DNA of 64,000 bases from a virus (lineage: Duplodnaviria; Heunggongvirae; Uroviricota; Caudoviricetes), in IMG/VR virus record IMGVR_UViG_3300027301_000002; one strand, given 5' to 3'. Shown piece by piece: positions 1 to 9,244 of the stretch. Position 1 is the stretch's first letter; each line of letters begins with the position of its first letter. The notes under the pieces were generated by a model. It was not told the DNA's origin, did no database searches, and saw nothing but the letters and a program-made list of their open reading frames with translations. A program made the position numbers and the translations under genes.

Positions 1-1
1 A

Positions 2-427
2 TCAAAGGGCACTTATTTCTTAGATATAATTGATAAACAAATCGAGCACACCGTCACTCAGTCTGTAAATCGTTCGAAATACTATGATTCGGAACGAATT
101 ATAGGGTCGCAAACGAATCCCATCGATTCGACAAAACCGTTAATTTTGTGTATTACAGATATTCGTTTTCAAGAATATGAAAATGACGAAGTTAATTGGT
201 TGCAGCAGAGGCATAATGGTAAATTAATCTATATCGATCGATACGATCTTGTTGATGGAAACAAAATGCCAATTTCCTTTATCAATGAGACTGAAAAGGA
301 ACAAATCCCTAAATTGATGAATCGAGCAGATATATGCATTAGCTGGCCAACCACTCCAGATCTTAACCTTAAAAATTATGTCACACCAATCGCAGACGAA
401 ATCCGACAAAATTGGTTGCCTGTATAA
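2..427 (+). CDS. Deoxynucleoside monophosphate kinase (T4 gp1-like), 5'-truncated by the window edge
   Basis: Frame is open from position 2 to the stop at 425-427. The C-terminal motif ITDIRFQEYENDEVNW...GKLIYIDR resembles the xxDxRF...E...G...I.R lid region of phage dNMP kinases. The P-loop would lie upstream of the window. Confidence 0.55.
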   Translation, partial: SKGTYFLDIIDKQIEHTVTQSVNRSKYYDSERIIGSQTNPIDSTKPLILCITDIRFQEYENDEVNWLQQRHNGKLIYIDRYDLVDGNKMPISFINETEKEQIPKLMNRADICISWPTTPDLNLKNYVTPIADEIRQNWLPV

Positions 428-710
428 AGCAACCTACATAGAAAGATTCTTTATTATCCTTGATGAATCTGAGCTGAGTTTGACATTACTGATTTACCCA
501 ACCTATTCCAAAGCTGTTGTGTCTAAAACAGAATTTTTAGCTAGCATTGCACAAAAACAAGTTGAGTATATTGCAACCCTGCCGCAAAGTGATATCACAG
601 ATCTACAGAAGTCATATTCTGGTGACAAATTAGAACCATTCAAACAAGCATATGAAGATTATCATCGACGGAAACAATCTATTATTTCGAGCGAGCTTTG
701 CGATTCCTGA
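378..710 (+). CDS. Hypothetical protein (start uncertain)
   Basis: Fills the gap between the kinase and RNase H genes in the same direction; no motif recognised. Confidence 0.35.
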   Translation: MSHQSQTKSDKIGCLYKATYIERFFIILDESELSLTLLIYPTYSKAVVSKTEFLASIAQKQVEYIATLPQSDITDLQKSYSGDKLEPFKQAYEDYHRRKQSIISSELCDS

Positions 711-1542
711 ATTTCGGAATAGTGACGGCGTGAATATTGCTGCAATCGCACAGAGTTTGAAAATGATTCGGTCGTATGCTATTGGATATGATACCAAGGA
801 TGTCATCGTTACATGGGACCAGAAGCTTGATTATGATCCAGCAAGACCTTCGTTCCGCAGTGAGTTGAATGATAATTACAAGCAGAATCGAAGCGACAAC
901 ACGGCAGTGTATCATACCGTTTCATATATTATTGAGTTTCTTAAATATATGGGCGTTCCTTCTATATATCCATATCGAATGGAGGCGGACGATGTTATTG
1001 CATGGCTTTGCCAAAAAGAATCTGGCGCGATCACAGTCATTTCCGGTGATAAAGATCTTTTGCAGTTAGTAAATGAACGGGTTAGTGTTTTTAATCCATA
1101 CCAGAAGAAAACATACACACATTTGAATTTTGAAAATGAAGTAGGACTTCCTATCGAACAATTTGTATTGTATAAATGTATTTTAGGGGATCCTTCCGAT
1201 AACATCAAAGGGCTCGATAGGTATGGTGAAAAGAAATCAAAGAAATTAGCTGTGGAGATTGGTGGCTTTGATAATTTGAGTAGTGTTTGCGATGCTCATC
1301 AGATTGAAGTCATTCTCACTAATCGAAAAATCATGGATTTGGGTATGGGGTGGTCTTCAGAGCCAGACGAGATGAAATCGTATGAAGATCAATATGCTTG
1401 GTTAAATACTACACAGGATCCGGTGAAATTTGTCGAACTCGCGAATAAATTAGAAATGACCAAACTTGCCAATGATAGTCACTACTGGCTTAATCCATTT
1501 ACATCGAAATTGAGTGACGTCATGGCACAATGGTTTTCATAA
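652..1542 (+). CDS. rnh: 5'-3' exonuclease / T4 RNase H-like (FEN/PIN family)
   Basis: IIDGNNLLFR, EADDVIA, VISGDKDLLQL and LGDPSDNIKG (helix-3-turn-helix) motifs. Confidence 0.9.
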   Translation: MKIIIDGNNLLFRASFAIPEFRNSDGVNIAAIAQSLKMIRSYAIGYDTKDVIVTWDQKLDYDPARPSFRSELNDNYKQNRSDNTAVYHTVSYIIEFLKYMGVPSIYPYRMEADDVIAWLCQKESGAITVISGDKDLLQLVNERVSVFNPYQKKTYTHLNFENEVGLPIEQFVLYKCILGDPSDNIKGLDRYGEKKSKKLAVEIGGFDNLSSVCDAHQIEVILTNRKIMDLGMGWSSEPDEMKSYEDQYAWLNTTQDPVKFVELANKLEMTKLANDSHYWLNPFTSKLSDVMAQWFS

Positions 1543-1543
1543 T

Positions 1544-1732
1544 ATGGAAATACGTACGTATCCAATTAACGATTATAATCTTTATGCCTGCAATTTAAAA
1601 TTGCACATATCAGAGATTCTAGCGTTGCACTATGATAGTGAAGCACTATTTGAAAAACAATTGATTCAGAAAATCAAAGAGCAAACTGCAGAAGTTGCTG
1701 AACGCATTAAAACCCAAAAAGAAAATGTTTAG
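1544..1732 (+). CDS. Small hypothetical protein
   Basis: ATG at 1544 directly after the rnh stop; translationally coupled arrangement. Confidence 0.4.
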   Translation: MEIRTYPINDYNLYACNLKLHISEILALHYDSEALFEKQLIQKIKEQTAEVAERIKTQKENV

Positions 1733-2135
1733 TTCATTTTTTGTACCTCTCTTTAAATCGATTCTATTGCTGGTCGTAGTGGGGTCGAGTATATCTGGTG
1801 TATTCTCCTTATTCTTTGACTGGAGTCTGTTAAAATTCAGTATTGCGACGGCAATCGCGATAGTCTTGCAGATCACTGTTAAATGGTATGCGGATCTCTT
1901 TCGTTCCTCAAGAATTCAAGAATTAGTTGATACAATGCCATCACCAACAATCAAAATGAATATTGAGTGTGCGTTCTGCAAAAAGCCCAGTATCATTGAT
2001 TATAATGTGTATGAAGAAGAATACGAATGTGTGCATTGCAAAAATATAAATGCCATTTACGGTAAATTTTATGCTGCTCGCAAGATCGTACCAGTAGATA
2101 CTTTATTGACTAATCATGAATCCTCAATACAGTAA
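1725..2135 (+). CDS. Membrane protein with C-terminal zinc ribbon
   Basis: Two hydrophobic N-terminal segments, then CAFC...CVHC. ATG at 1725 overlaps the upstream stop. Confidence 0.55.
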   Translation: MFSSFFVPLFKSILLLVVVGSSISGVFSLFFDWSLLKFSIATAIAIVLQITVKWYADLFRSSRIQELVDTMPSPTIKMNIECAFCKKPSIIDYNVYEEEYECVHCKNINAIYGKFYAARKIVPVDTLLTNHESSIQ

Positions 2136-2469
2136 CATCGATACATCAAAATATAGCGAAATGCTTCGTTCAATGGATATTTTTAAATCTTCTTTGATCG
2201 ACGAAACGCCTGCAGATAGAACCAAAAAACATCTAGTAGAGCTTACCTGCTTTGATAAAGACTGCTATACTGTGGGTGAGATGTTGAGTAAGCAAATATT
2301 AGATGCGAGAGACCTTGGCTCGTCGTTAAAGACATTATTGCATTCGATGTTCACAAATGCAGATCCTATGGTTATTGATGAAATAGTATCCGCTGCAAAA
2401 ATTGACGACCACAAAAAGAATCAAATAATCTCGTATATTGGAGGATTTATTTCTGGCTTAATAAAATAA
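2116..2469 (+). CDS. Hypothetical protein
   Basis: Tiled ORF in a plus-strand operon; no motif recognised. Confidence 0.5.
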   Translation: MNPQYSNIDTSKYSEMLRSMDIFKSSLIDETPADRTKKHLVELTCFDKDCYTVGEMLSKQILDARDLGSSLKTLLHSMFTNADPMVIDEIVSAAKIDDHKKNQIISYIGGFISGLIK

Positions 2470-2472
2470 TAT

Positions 2473-2916
2473 ATGCTCACGTGCAAATGTATTAAATGCC
2501 ACAAATACAAACAAAGATCGCAAATAAGCTGGAAACAGGCTACTATTGAGTATGGTGCTAGAGAGCTATTACGTGCAAATTTTATTTGCGGTGAATGTCA
2601 GAAAAATCAACGCCAGGAAAAATTCAAATACATGCTCGAGAGATCGAGTGATTATGTGCAGTTGATGCATAAAATCTCAAAAGAGAAACACAAATACGAC
2701 ACTACAAAATACGGATTGCCATTTCCTCAATGCATACAAAAATTTAAAGAAACCATCGACAAATATCTTAGAGAATCGTATATACAAAATTATACTTTTA
2801 TAGTTGAAAATAACAATTTAACAGGCATATTAGTTAACAACATTCCTTTTATCAAACAAATAATTTTAAAAATCTATGAAAAAACTCCGCAAATACCAAA
2901 GGCCGAAACCGAATAA
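2473..2916 (+). CDS. Hypothetical protein with putative zinc-binding N-terminus
   Basis: CIKC...CGEC cysteine pairs. Confidence 0.5.
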   Translation: MLTCKCIKCHKYKQRSQISWKQATIEYGARELLRANFICGECQKNQRQEKFKYMLERSSDYVQLMHKISKEKHKYDTTKYGLPFPQCIQKFKETIDKYLRESYIQNYTFIVENNNLTGILVNNIPFIKQIILKIYEKTPQIPKAETE

Positions 2917-3148
2917 GTTTGAAGATCAAGATGTGCACGTCGTTTCACGATGGCTCGCGCTGATCCGTTCAGTAAATGTCATTTTTGATAAAGCCGATAA
3001 ATTAGGAGTTCACGAAGATCTTGTTGATTTATCGCCAAACGACATTCAAGATTATATTGATGATATAAGCGGGGATATTTATTTTGAAATTATGGGATCT
3101 GGCAACGCCAATAAAATCCGACCATACGCATCTCGTTTGACTGCATGA
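2876..3148 (+). CDS. Hypothetical protein
   Basis: Tiled ORF; its stop overlaps the next start (ATGA). Confidence 0.5.
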   Translation: MKKLRKYQRPKPNKFEDQDVHVVSRWLALIRSVNVIFDKADKLGVHEDLVDLSPNDIQDYIDDISGDIYFEIMGSGNANKIRPYASRLTA

Positions 3149-3390
3149 ATTATATTCCTGGTGAAAAGCTTGAAGTGTTGAACGAACGATATTCATCCTT
3201 GGGATTTTCGCCTGGGGTATTTATCATACAAAATATCCGTCTCGATAGAGAGACACAAGAAATTGTCTATCGATTTACGAACGGCAAAACCATCAAATTT
3301 AAATCCATCCAAGAGGCGGAGGCGATTTTTGATAGAATAAAGGGCGTAGTCCGTGAGATGACTACGCCCTTAGGTGGTGACGGGTATTAA
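3145..3390 (+). CDS. Hypothetical protein
   Basis: Last gene of the plus-strand run, convergent with the tail tube gene. Confidence 0.5.
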   Translation: MNYIPGEKLEVLNERYSSLGFSPGVFIIQNIRLDRETQEIVYRFTNGKTIKFKSIQEAEAIFDRIKGVVREMTTPLGGDGY

Positions 3391-3403
3391 TTGAGGTTGA
3401 GTA

Positions 3404-4045
3404 TTAGCAGGCGTTTCCAGCACCAAGAGCAGGTGTAAGGCCAGTCGTTCTGTCGAAATCTGTAATGACTTGTGCCCCAGGAACTTTGGATTTATTGATA
3501 CGGTAGTATTGATATGCCAATGTTGCATTGAATGTCATGACTTCGGCATTGCCGGTCAATTCAAATGACAATCCATTAAACGCTACTGGATATACACCAA
3601 TCAAATCATAGTATCTTACTGCTTCTCCCTTAATGTTTAACAAGGCTAGCGTAATGATATTTCTGCTATTAGGCACTCCATAGCAGCCCGTGGATGTTCC
3701 ATCATCGAAGATATCGTAGCTCATTTGCTCGAATGCGTTTCGAATTGAAAGATCACCAGGCAATCTGAATGTAACTTGCCAGTTGTTGCTGTTATCATAT
3801 TTGGCGTTGCCTGGTACATTAAAATCCAATCCCATAAATGGTGCGGTAACGTTTTGGATAGTCCGGCCTGGCACTGTGGCTGTCGTTAGATATGCGTTTG
3901 AAATGCCACCATCTAGAGACGTTAACTCTGCCGCCAGTTTAGATAAAATGCCATCTCCATTGATCGCAGCAATGCGGAAGAGATTTCTTCGCTGAAATCC
4001 CTTTCTTTGGATTGTGTCGTAGTAGTCTTGAATACCTTGTGCCAT
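3404..4045 (-). CDS. gp19: Tail tube protein (T4 gp19-like)
   Basis: ATVPGRTIQNVTAPFMG, WQVTF, and YDLIGVYP...LAYQYY pattern of gp19; lies downstream of the sheath gene. Confidence 0.85.
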   Translation of the reverse strand: MAQGIQDYYDTIQRKGFQRRNLFRIAAINGDGILSKLAAELTSLDGGISNAYLTTATVPGRTIQNVTAPFMGLDFNVPGNAKYDNSNNWQVTFRLPGDLSIRNAFEQMSYDIFDDGTSTGCYGVPNSRNIITLALLNIKGEAVRYYDLIGVYPVAFNGLSFELTGNAEVMTFNATLAYQYYRINKSKVPGAQVITDFDRTTGLTPALGAGNAC

Positions 4046-4060
4046 AAAAATACTTATGAT

Positions 4061-4411
4061 TTAACCTTGATTTTCTTTTAGGAACGCATACATATCTTCC
4101 AAAATCTCTTCGACTGCGTTGAATTGGTCCATTCTATTTGTTTTAAAATAGCCTTCAAGGAACATAATCATACTTGAGTCTGTATTTTGATTTTTTTGAT
4201 ACTTTTCTCTCAATGATGTTTTCTGTGAGGCTTGGGGGGTATTAGATGCTGTTTTGACATGCATTCTCTCTGGCAAATATGTATTGATGACTGCTTCTCT
4301 CTCAGTCAGTTTTGCTGCTCTTGACGCTGGTGGTGCTTCAAACGGATCCATGTGAATAGAAGGTTTGCCAAATACTCTAGCGCCGTAAATTTCATCTAGT
4401 TTATTACTCAT
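4061..4411 (-). CDS. Hypothetical late protein
   Basis: Between the endonuclease and tail tube genes; preceded by a TAAGTA box (plus-strand tactta 4423-4428). Confidence 0.55.
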   Translation of the reverse strand: MSNKLDEIYGARVFGKPSIHMDPFEAPPASRAAKLTEREAVINTYLPERMHVKTASNTPQASQKTSLREKYQKNQNTDSSMIMFLEGYFKTNRMDQFNAVEEILEDMYAFLKENQG

Positions 4412-4425
4412 AGGTTTGAATGTAC

Positions 4426-6165
4426 TTATCTATCTTTGTATACAAAAACTGCATGACCACAATCCCAAATTCTGTCAAATCCATTATTCAACATGTTTTG
4501 ATACTCCGATAGATTCTCATCATATTCTTTTAAGACCTTGTGTAATCTATGTTTCATAAATCCACTGCGGTGTTTGAGTGTATTGTTGATGACATACCAA
4601 TAACCTGGTTTGCTGTCATGCTTATGTTTGAATCCTAATTTGTGGTATAGATCACCATTCGAATATCTCAAGTCGGCATAAGTGATGATGTTTTGTGGGT
4701 TGTGTGTATTAATGAAATATTTTAGAAGCCTCGAAGCACCACCAATGACAGTGTGGTTTAATTTATTACAAAACCGAATCATCTCCCAATCACTGTAATC
4801 ACCTTTGACAATTTTACGATGACCAAAAGTCATCATAGATACCAATTGACTGTCATGGTATAGCCCATAAGAAATTTGGCTATTATCGTTTCCTTGTATA
4901 TGGTTCTCGTCTAGGAATTTGACCTTCTCATGTCTATCAGTTATTTGGTGGATGGTGCACTTTCTGCCAAATATCCTTTTCGAAATACCCAATTTACTAT
5001 CTATAATAGATTTGACAATTTGTTGCTTTGTTTGCCATTCAGATTCCCATATCTGGATTAATTGAATGTTTTTAGCTTTGCATTCCATATATTTATTACG
5101 ATGGTAATTTTTGTCTTTTCCATTTGATTCATTGTGCCAATATATGCCATTGCATTCGATTGCTATGTTTTTTGATGGAATAAATATGTCTATTTCTTTT
5201 GGTGGTATAACGTCTCTTGAATTATTAATACACTCCAACCCAAGGGTTTTTATGTATTGATATACCTCTAATTCGAATGCACTTGATCGAGGATTGCATT
5301 GAGGGCATATAAGTGTGTTTTGCCACTGACCACTCGATATGGATCTGGTAAATTCGTGGCCACATGTCTGGTGCTTAATGTGATGTTTTCCTTCGTTTAT
5401 GCCGTGGTTGGTAATCAATTCGTAGCCATTGTCTAAAAAATGTTCGGTCACTAATTTAATGCGATTTTTCTTTTTGGACTCTGCTACAAGTTGCTGGGAG
5501 CATCTTTTTGCATGGCATGATGAATAGCCAAATTTGCTATTTCGGAAGTTAAGGTGATTACCACATTTATGGCATTTTGGTGGTGTGTGTATGTTATGTA
5601 TAAAGTTATAAAATACTTGTGACCATTTTATATCATCTCCATACTTAATATATCCGATTTTTAGCAGAGTAGATAGATGCGTACTATGTGTTCTTAGCAA
5701 CGCTGTATTAAATGTTGAATTAGGTTGCTGAAGCCTTTCGAGGCAGAACGCCATTAAAGCATCATGTGATACTAATTCATGATTTGAATTTAAAATTTCA
5801 ACAAATCCATTTTTTTTATTCTTCTCTGTGTTAATCTTTCCGTCTTTGCATGATTTCCATTTTGTAGATGCTCTCTTGCAAATGTTGTTTGAGCAAGTTT
5901 TTGAATATGGTTTGTTTTTATACCCCTTCCATTTTAATGGCTTATTGCAAGCTTTACATCTTTGCTGAGATGTGGTCTTATTGACGATACAGTAAATTCG
6001 TTCAGAACAGCATGCTTGCTCGTCTAGAAATTTGGTCTTTTCTTTTATACTTTGATACAATTCACTAGAATCAAACCCGGGTTGTCTTAGCACAGCACTA
6101 TTAATGTTACCTGTTTTGGTGTATAATTGTGCTTTTATCTGTTCTATGAGTAATTCATCGTCCAT
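4426..6165 (-). CDS. Free-standing homing endonuclease-like protein (Hef / Vsr-DUF559-like nuclease with zinc-binding repeats)
   Basis: Two N-terminal CxxC...Y...C...C repeats, CPQC, nuclease motif EIDIFIPSKNIAIECNGIYWH...IQIWESEW, and a C-terminal FCNKLNHTVIGGASRLL...YADLRYSNG...WDCG block typical of Hef-like phage proteins. Confidence 0.75.
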   Translation of the reverse strand: MDDELLIEQIKAQLYTKTGNINSAVLRQPGFDSSELYQSIKEKTKFLDEQACCSERIYCIVNKTTSQQRCKACNKPLKWKGYKNKPYSKTCSNNICKRASTKWKSCKDGKINTEKNKKNGFVEILNSNHELVSHDALMAFCLERLQQPNSTFNTALLRTHSTHLSTLLKIGYIKYGDDIKWSQVFYNFIHNIHTPPKCHKCGNHLNFRNSKFGYSSCHAKRCSQQLVAESKKKNRIKLVTEHFLDNGYELITNHGINEGKHHIKHQTCGHEFTRSISSGQWQNTLICPQCNPRSSAFELEVYQYIKTLGLECINNSRDVIPPKEIDIFIPSKNIAIECNGIYWHNESNGKDKNYHRNKYMECKAKNIQLIQIWESEWQTKQQIVKSIIDSKLGISKRIFGRKCTIHQITDRHEKVKFLDENHIQGNDNSQISYGLYHDSQLVSMMTFGHRKIVKGDYSDWEMIRFCNKLNHTVIGGASRLLKYFINTHNPQNIITYADLRYSNGDLYHKLGFKHKHDSKPGYWYVINNTLKHRSGFMKHRLHKVLKEYDENLSEYQNMLNNGFDRIWDCGHAVFVYKDR

Positions 6166-6175
6166 TATGAATATA

Positions 6176-6184
6176 ATTATATCA
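6176..6184 (-). promoter_or_regulatory. Extended -10 promoter candidate for the endonuclease gene
   Basis: Minus strand reads TGaTATAAT, 10 nt upstream of the ATG at 6165 and just downstream of the sheath terminator. Confidence 0.4.
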
Positions 6185-6191
6185 TCAACAT

Positions 6192-6226
6192 AAAATAAAA
6201 GCCAGTTTTTAGCTGGCTTTTATTTT
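6192..6226. terminator. Intrinsic (probably bidirectional) terminator after the sheath gene
   Basis: AAAATAAAAGCCAG (6192-6205) pairs with CTGGCTTTTATTTT (6213-6226); A/T tracts on both sides. Confidence 0.8.
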
Positions 6227-6238
6227 TGAATGTATTGA

Positions 6239-8569
6239 TTAGATCAATTCAGCGAAGTCTTGATTTGTTCTTGTTGCTACGAAGTTGACAAGGATGAACT
6301 CACTCGCTCTGACTGGCTTGAGATAAATGTCTACAACCATCTCATTTCGATCGATTACAGAACCGGTGTTATTCCGTTCATCGCACACGATCAGATAATC
6401 ATACAGACCTTCATTGCGTTTTGCATTCTCAAACAGCGGTGTCAATACGTTGATTACTTGCGTTCTTGTGAATACTGTATTAGGCTCGAACACGAAGTAT
6501 TTAAGAACTCTAGCAGTTGGCTTCTCAAGAGCTAAGAACAAGCGACGCACATTAATACGATCGAATGCACTTGGTTTTCTGAATAGAGTCTTCTGGCCCC
6601 AGATTACGTACCCATCGTTAGGGAAGTAGCACACAGGATTTTGTCCGATGCGATAGAGAAGATCGCGTTCTTTTTGGTTAGGATTGATTGCAAGATCTAC
6701 CACATTGCGTACAATGCCTCTTGTCAATCCAGCCGGTGCAATCCATGGGAAACGATCTCTATCAGTTTCAGCCAATGCGCGCCCTGCCCACCCAGAGAAT
6801 GGAACCCAGCAATAACCATCAGCGGCGCTGTCGTATACTCTCACCCAGTTTGCATATGATACTGAATATGATGTATTTGCAGCTTGATACAGATTGCGTA
6901 GCGGCCAGTATACTACTTTAGAGAATGGATTGGTTACGCGATCGCATTTGGATTCAAATACTTTGTAGTTGGTACCATTAACAAGGAGCTGGCGGAGTGG
7001 ATCACTAATATGGATGTGGTCTTTGCGTGTTGATTCTGCGAAGTTGTTGAACAGATTGAAGATTGTTTTGTGAGCATCGCCAATACCATTGTCCCCAGTG
7101 AAGCTACCGTCAAATGAAGCCAATTGGGTAAGTGCTGCATTCGGTACAAATACAGTATCGTCAAAGATTTCAGACCCTAATGTGGCAGATGTTGTTCTTG
7201 TCGTAGCCCAGATAGTGCTCAGCCCGCCATCGAGAGTTATGTCGATAGGAATCAAATCTGGATTCGATACACATGCAAAAATACGAGCCAATTTATCTGG
7301 AAGATTACCGATTAATTTATTTGCATCTGTAGTTGTCGCAAATGTGCTAGCTTCATAAAGACTTCTTGATTCTGAGATGTTAGTGGACGCAATTGTTTTG
7401 CCGTCTGGCAGAACGATAAATCCTGTGCCTGATACACCAGTTGTTTTCCAGAAGCGAACCTTATTAGCTGGCTGACCGCTAGCGTCTGACCATGTAGTAG
7501 ATTTCGAAATATATGGATTTACAAGTACTTTCAAATTAGAAGATGAATTATTTACAACATCTTCGATGAAGAATGATTTTGGTGGTCCTCCAAGCGGATC
7601 TGCAACTCTGCGTGACGAATCGAGCGAGCCGATATATGTCTCTACTAGAACTTTGTCGAGTGTACTATTACTCGCCCCAGCATAAATGGATTTGCGTACT
7701 TTAAAGAGACCCAAGACAATTGTATCGTTGTATGATGTTGTGTCATATACAAAATTCGGTACAGTTTCAAGAATTTCTGAAACAGAACCGGCTACACCGG
7801 CGTAGGATGCACTTAGCGCAAACCCAACTCTGCTTGAATCGACAGTGGCATATGTATTCGCACTGTTCACTGCTTTCAGATTCAGAATGTCTGTAAAATC
7901 TTGTGTAGGATTTGCTAATGCATTGTCTATAATCCCGACATAATATCCTTCTTGGATGTTATTGGACATCGACTTTGTGGTATCAATCACAATCATACCT
8001 GCGGAACTTAGTTTATTAACTCCCGTGCCGGTCGCAAATCTTGTTGCATTTGTTGCAGATAGTGCAGCAGCCGTAGCGCTCGCAGCCCATGAAATATTGT
8101 TGTTAATCAAGTCATAATACTCATCTTGTGTTAGTTCGACGTGATATGGTTCACCAAACACCAATGTATTAGAAATCAAGCTAAACGATGAAGTTGCTCC
8201 TGTTGCTGTTCCTACTGCTGCTGCACTATATGTCGACGACGCAGGAATTACAGGATACACCAGTGCACCAAATTTTTCACCATAGCTGCTGCCAGTACCA
8301 CTACCATATGGAATTCTTGTAGCGATAAGATTACCACCGGAATTCAAATACTCGCGGCATGTGTGATAAAAATATCTTTCAGCTGCATTTGCCGGAGTAC
8401 CATAAACAGATTCAAATTCTGAAAAACTTGTAACTGTAATTGGTTCTTCTGTAGGTCCTTGGCTTGCATATCCAAGAACCCATGTATTAGTGCCAACTGT
8501 TGGTTCAACGCGTAGGGTTAGATCGCGTTCTCTGATTTCTACGCCTGGTGATTCGATTGTACGTGCCAT
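6239..8569 (-). CDS. gp18: Tail sheath protein (T4 gp18-like)
   Basis: N-terminal SPGVEIRERDLT; C-terminal PWIAPAGLTRG, WGQKTL, DRINVRRLF, FVFEPN, IYLKPVRASEFI. Confidence 0.95.
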   Translation of the reverse strand: MARTIESPGVEIRERDLTLRVEPTVGTNTWVLGYASQGPTEEPITVTSFSEFESVYGTPANAAERYFYHTCREYLNSGGNLIATRIPYGSGTGSSYGEKFGALVYPVIPASSTYSAAAVGTATGATSSFSLISNTLVFGEPYHVELTQDEYYDLINNNISWAASATAAALSATNATRFATGTGVNKLSSAGMIVIDTTKSMSNNIQEGYYVGIIDNALANPTQDFTDILNLKAVNSANTYATVDSSRVGFALSASYAGVAGSVSEILETVPNFVYDTTSYNDTIVLGLFKVRKSIYAGASNSTLDKVLVETYIGSLDSSRRVADPLGGPPKSFFIEDVVNNSSSNLKVLVNPYISKSTTWSDASGQPANKVRFWKTTGVSGTGFIVLPDGKTIASTNISESRSLYEASTFATTTDANKLIGNLPDKLARIFACVSNPDLIPIDITLDGGLSTIWATTRTTSATLGSEIFDDTVFVPNAALTQLASFDGSFTGDNGIGDAHKTIFNLFNNFAESTRKDHIHISDPLRQLLVNGTNYKVFESKCDRVTNPFSKVVYWPLRNLYQAANTSYSVSYANWVRVYDSAADGYCWVPFSGWAGRALAETDRDRFPWIAPAGLTRGIVRNVVDLAINPNQKERDLLYRIGQNPVCYFPNDGYVIWGQKTLFRKPSAFDRINVRRLFLALEKPTARVLKYFVFEPNTVFTRTQVINVLTPLFENAKRNEGLYDYLIVCDERNNTGSVIDRNEMVVDIYLKPVRASEFILVNFVATRTNQDFAELI

Positions 8570-8611
8570 AATTACAATCTACTTACATTTTATCTTATGG
8601 CCGTTTTTGAT

Positions 8612-9244
8612 TTAACTACAAATTTGTACTGAATTATTCGATGTTGGGTCTAATACGGATTCGAATTCTGTATCGCATAAAAGCTCTGCTCTGAATTGTG
8701 AATACATGAAACGAAACTCTCCGGCCATCGCTTTGCTGTCTTGATATGACCAATCAATACCACTTAGATAGACTGGGAATGCATTTGTATACGTAAATTT
8801 TATAGTCTTTGCTTTTTGGTATTCATCCAGAGCATAAACTGTCAGATTTGTTTGATATCCAATTCCTGGCATCCCTGCAACTCCTCGTGAAATATTTTTA
8901 CCATCATAAATGCCATGAACATCATCAGAAATGAAGTCAAGCCATTTATATATGAACCAATAATTGTTAAAATTATTATCTACATTAAATCTTACCGAAA
9001 TTGGGTCGGGTGCTTGTTTATTATGTGTTGACACCGATATTGATTGCCCTGCTAATCTTTCTGTCAGATATGGCACTGTGATTGACGGTATAACAGAGCC
9101 ATATACAGTGAATTGCATCGAGTTCGAATTTAACAATTGATTCGTCCGTGCATTTTTGGTTTTTAAATGCCTTAATGCTGGTGGCGTGTCGAGTACAAGT
9201 AAAAACCTATCGACTGTTTGTTTATTGAGTGGACTAGAAAGCAT
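8612..9244 (-). CDS. gp3: Tail completion / tube terminator (T4 gp3-like)
   Basis: SVIPSITVP, DPISVRFNVDNNFNNYWFIYKWL and NAFPVYLSGIDWSY match the gp3 tube-fold pattern. Start reassigned to ATG 9244. Confidence 0.7.
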   Translation of the reverse strand: MLSSPLNKQTVDRFLLVLDTPPALRHLKTKNARTNQLLNSNSMQFTVYGSVIPSITVPYLTERLAGQSISVSTHNKQAPDPISVRFNVDNNFNNYWFIYKWLDFISDDVHGIYDGKNISRGVAGMPGIGYQTNLTVYALDEYQKAKTIKFTYTNAFPVYLSGIDWSYQDSKAMAGEFRFMYSQFRAELLCDTEFESVLDPTSNNSVQICS

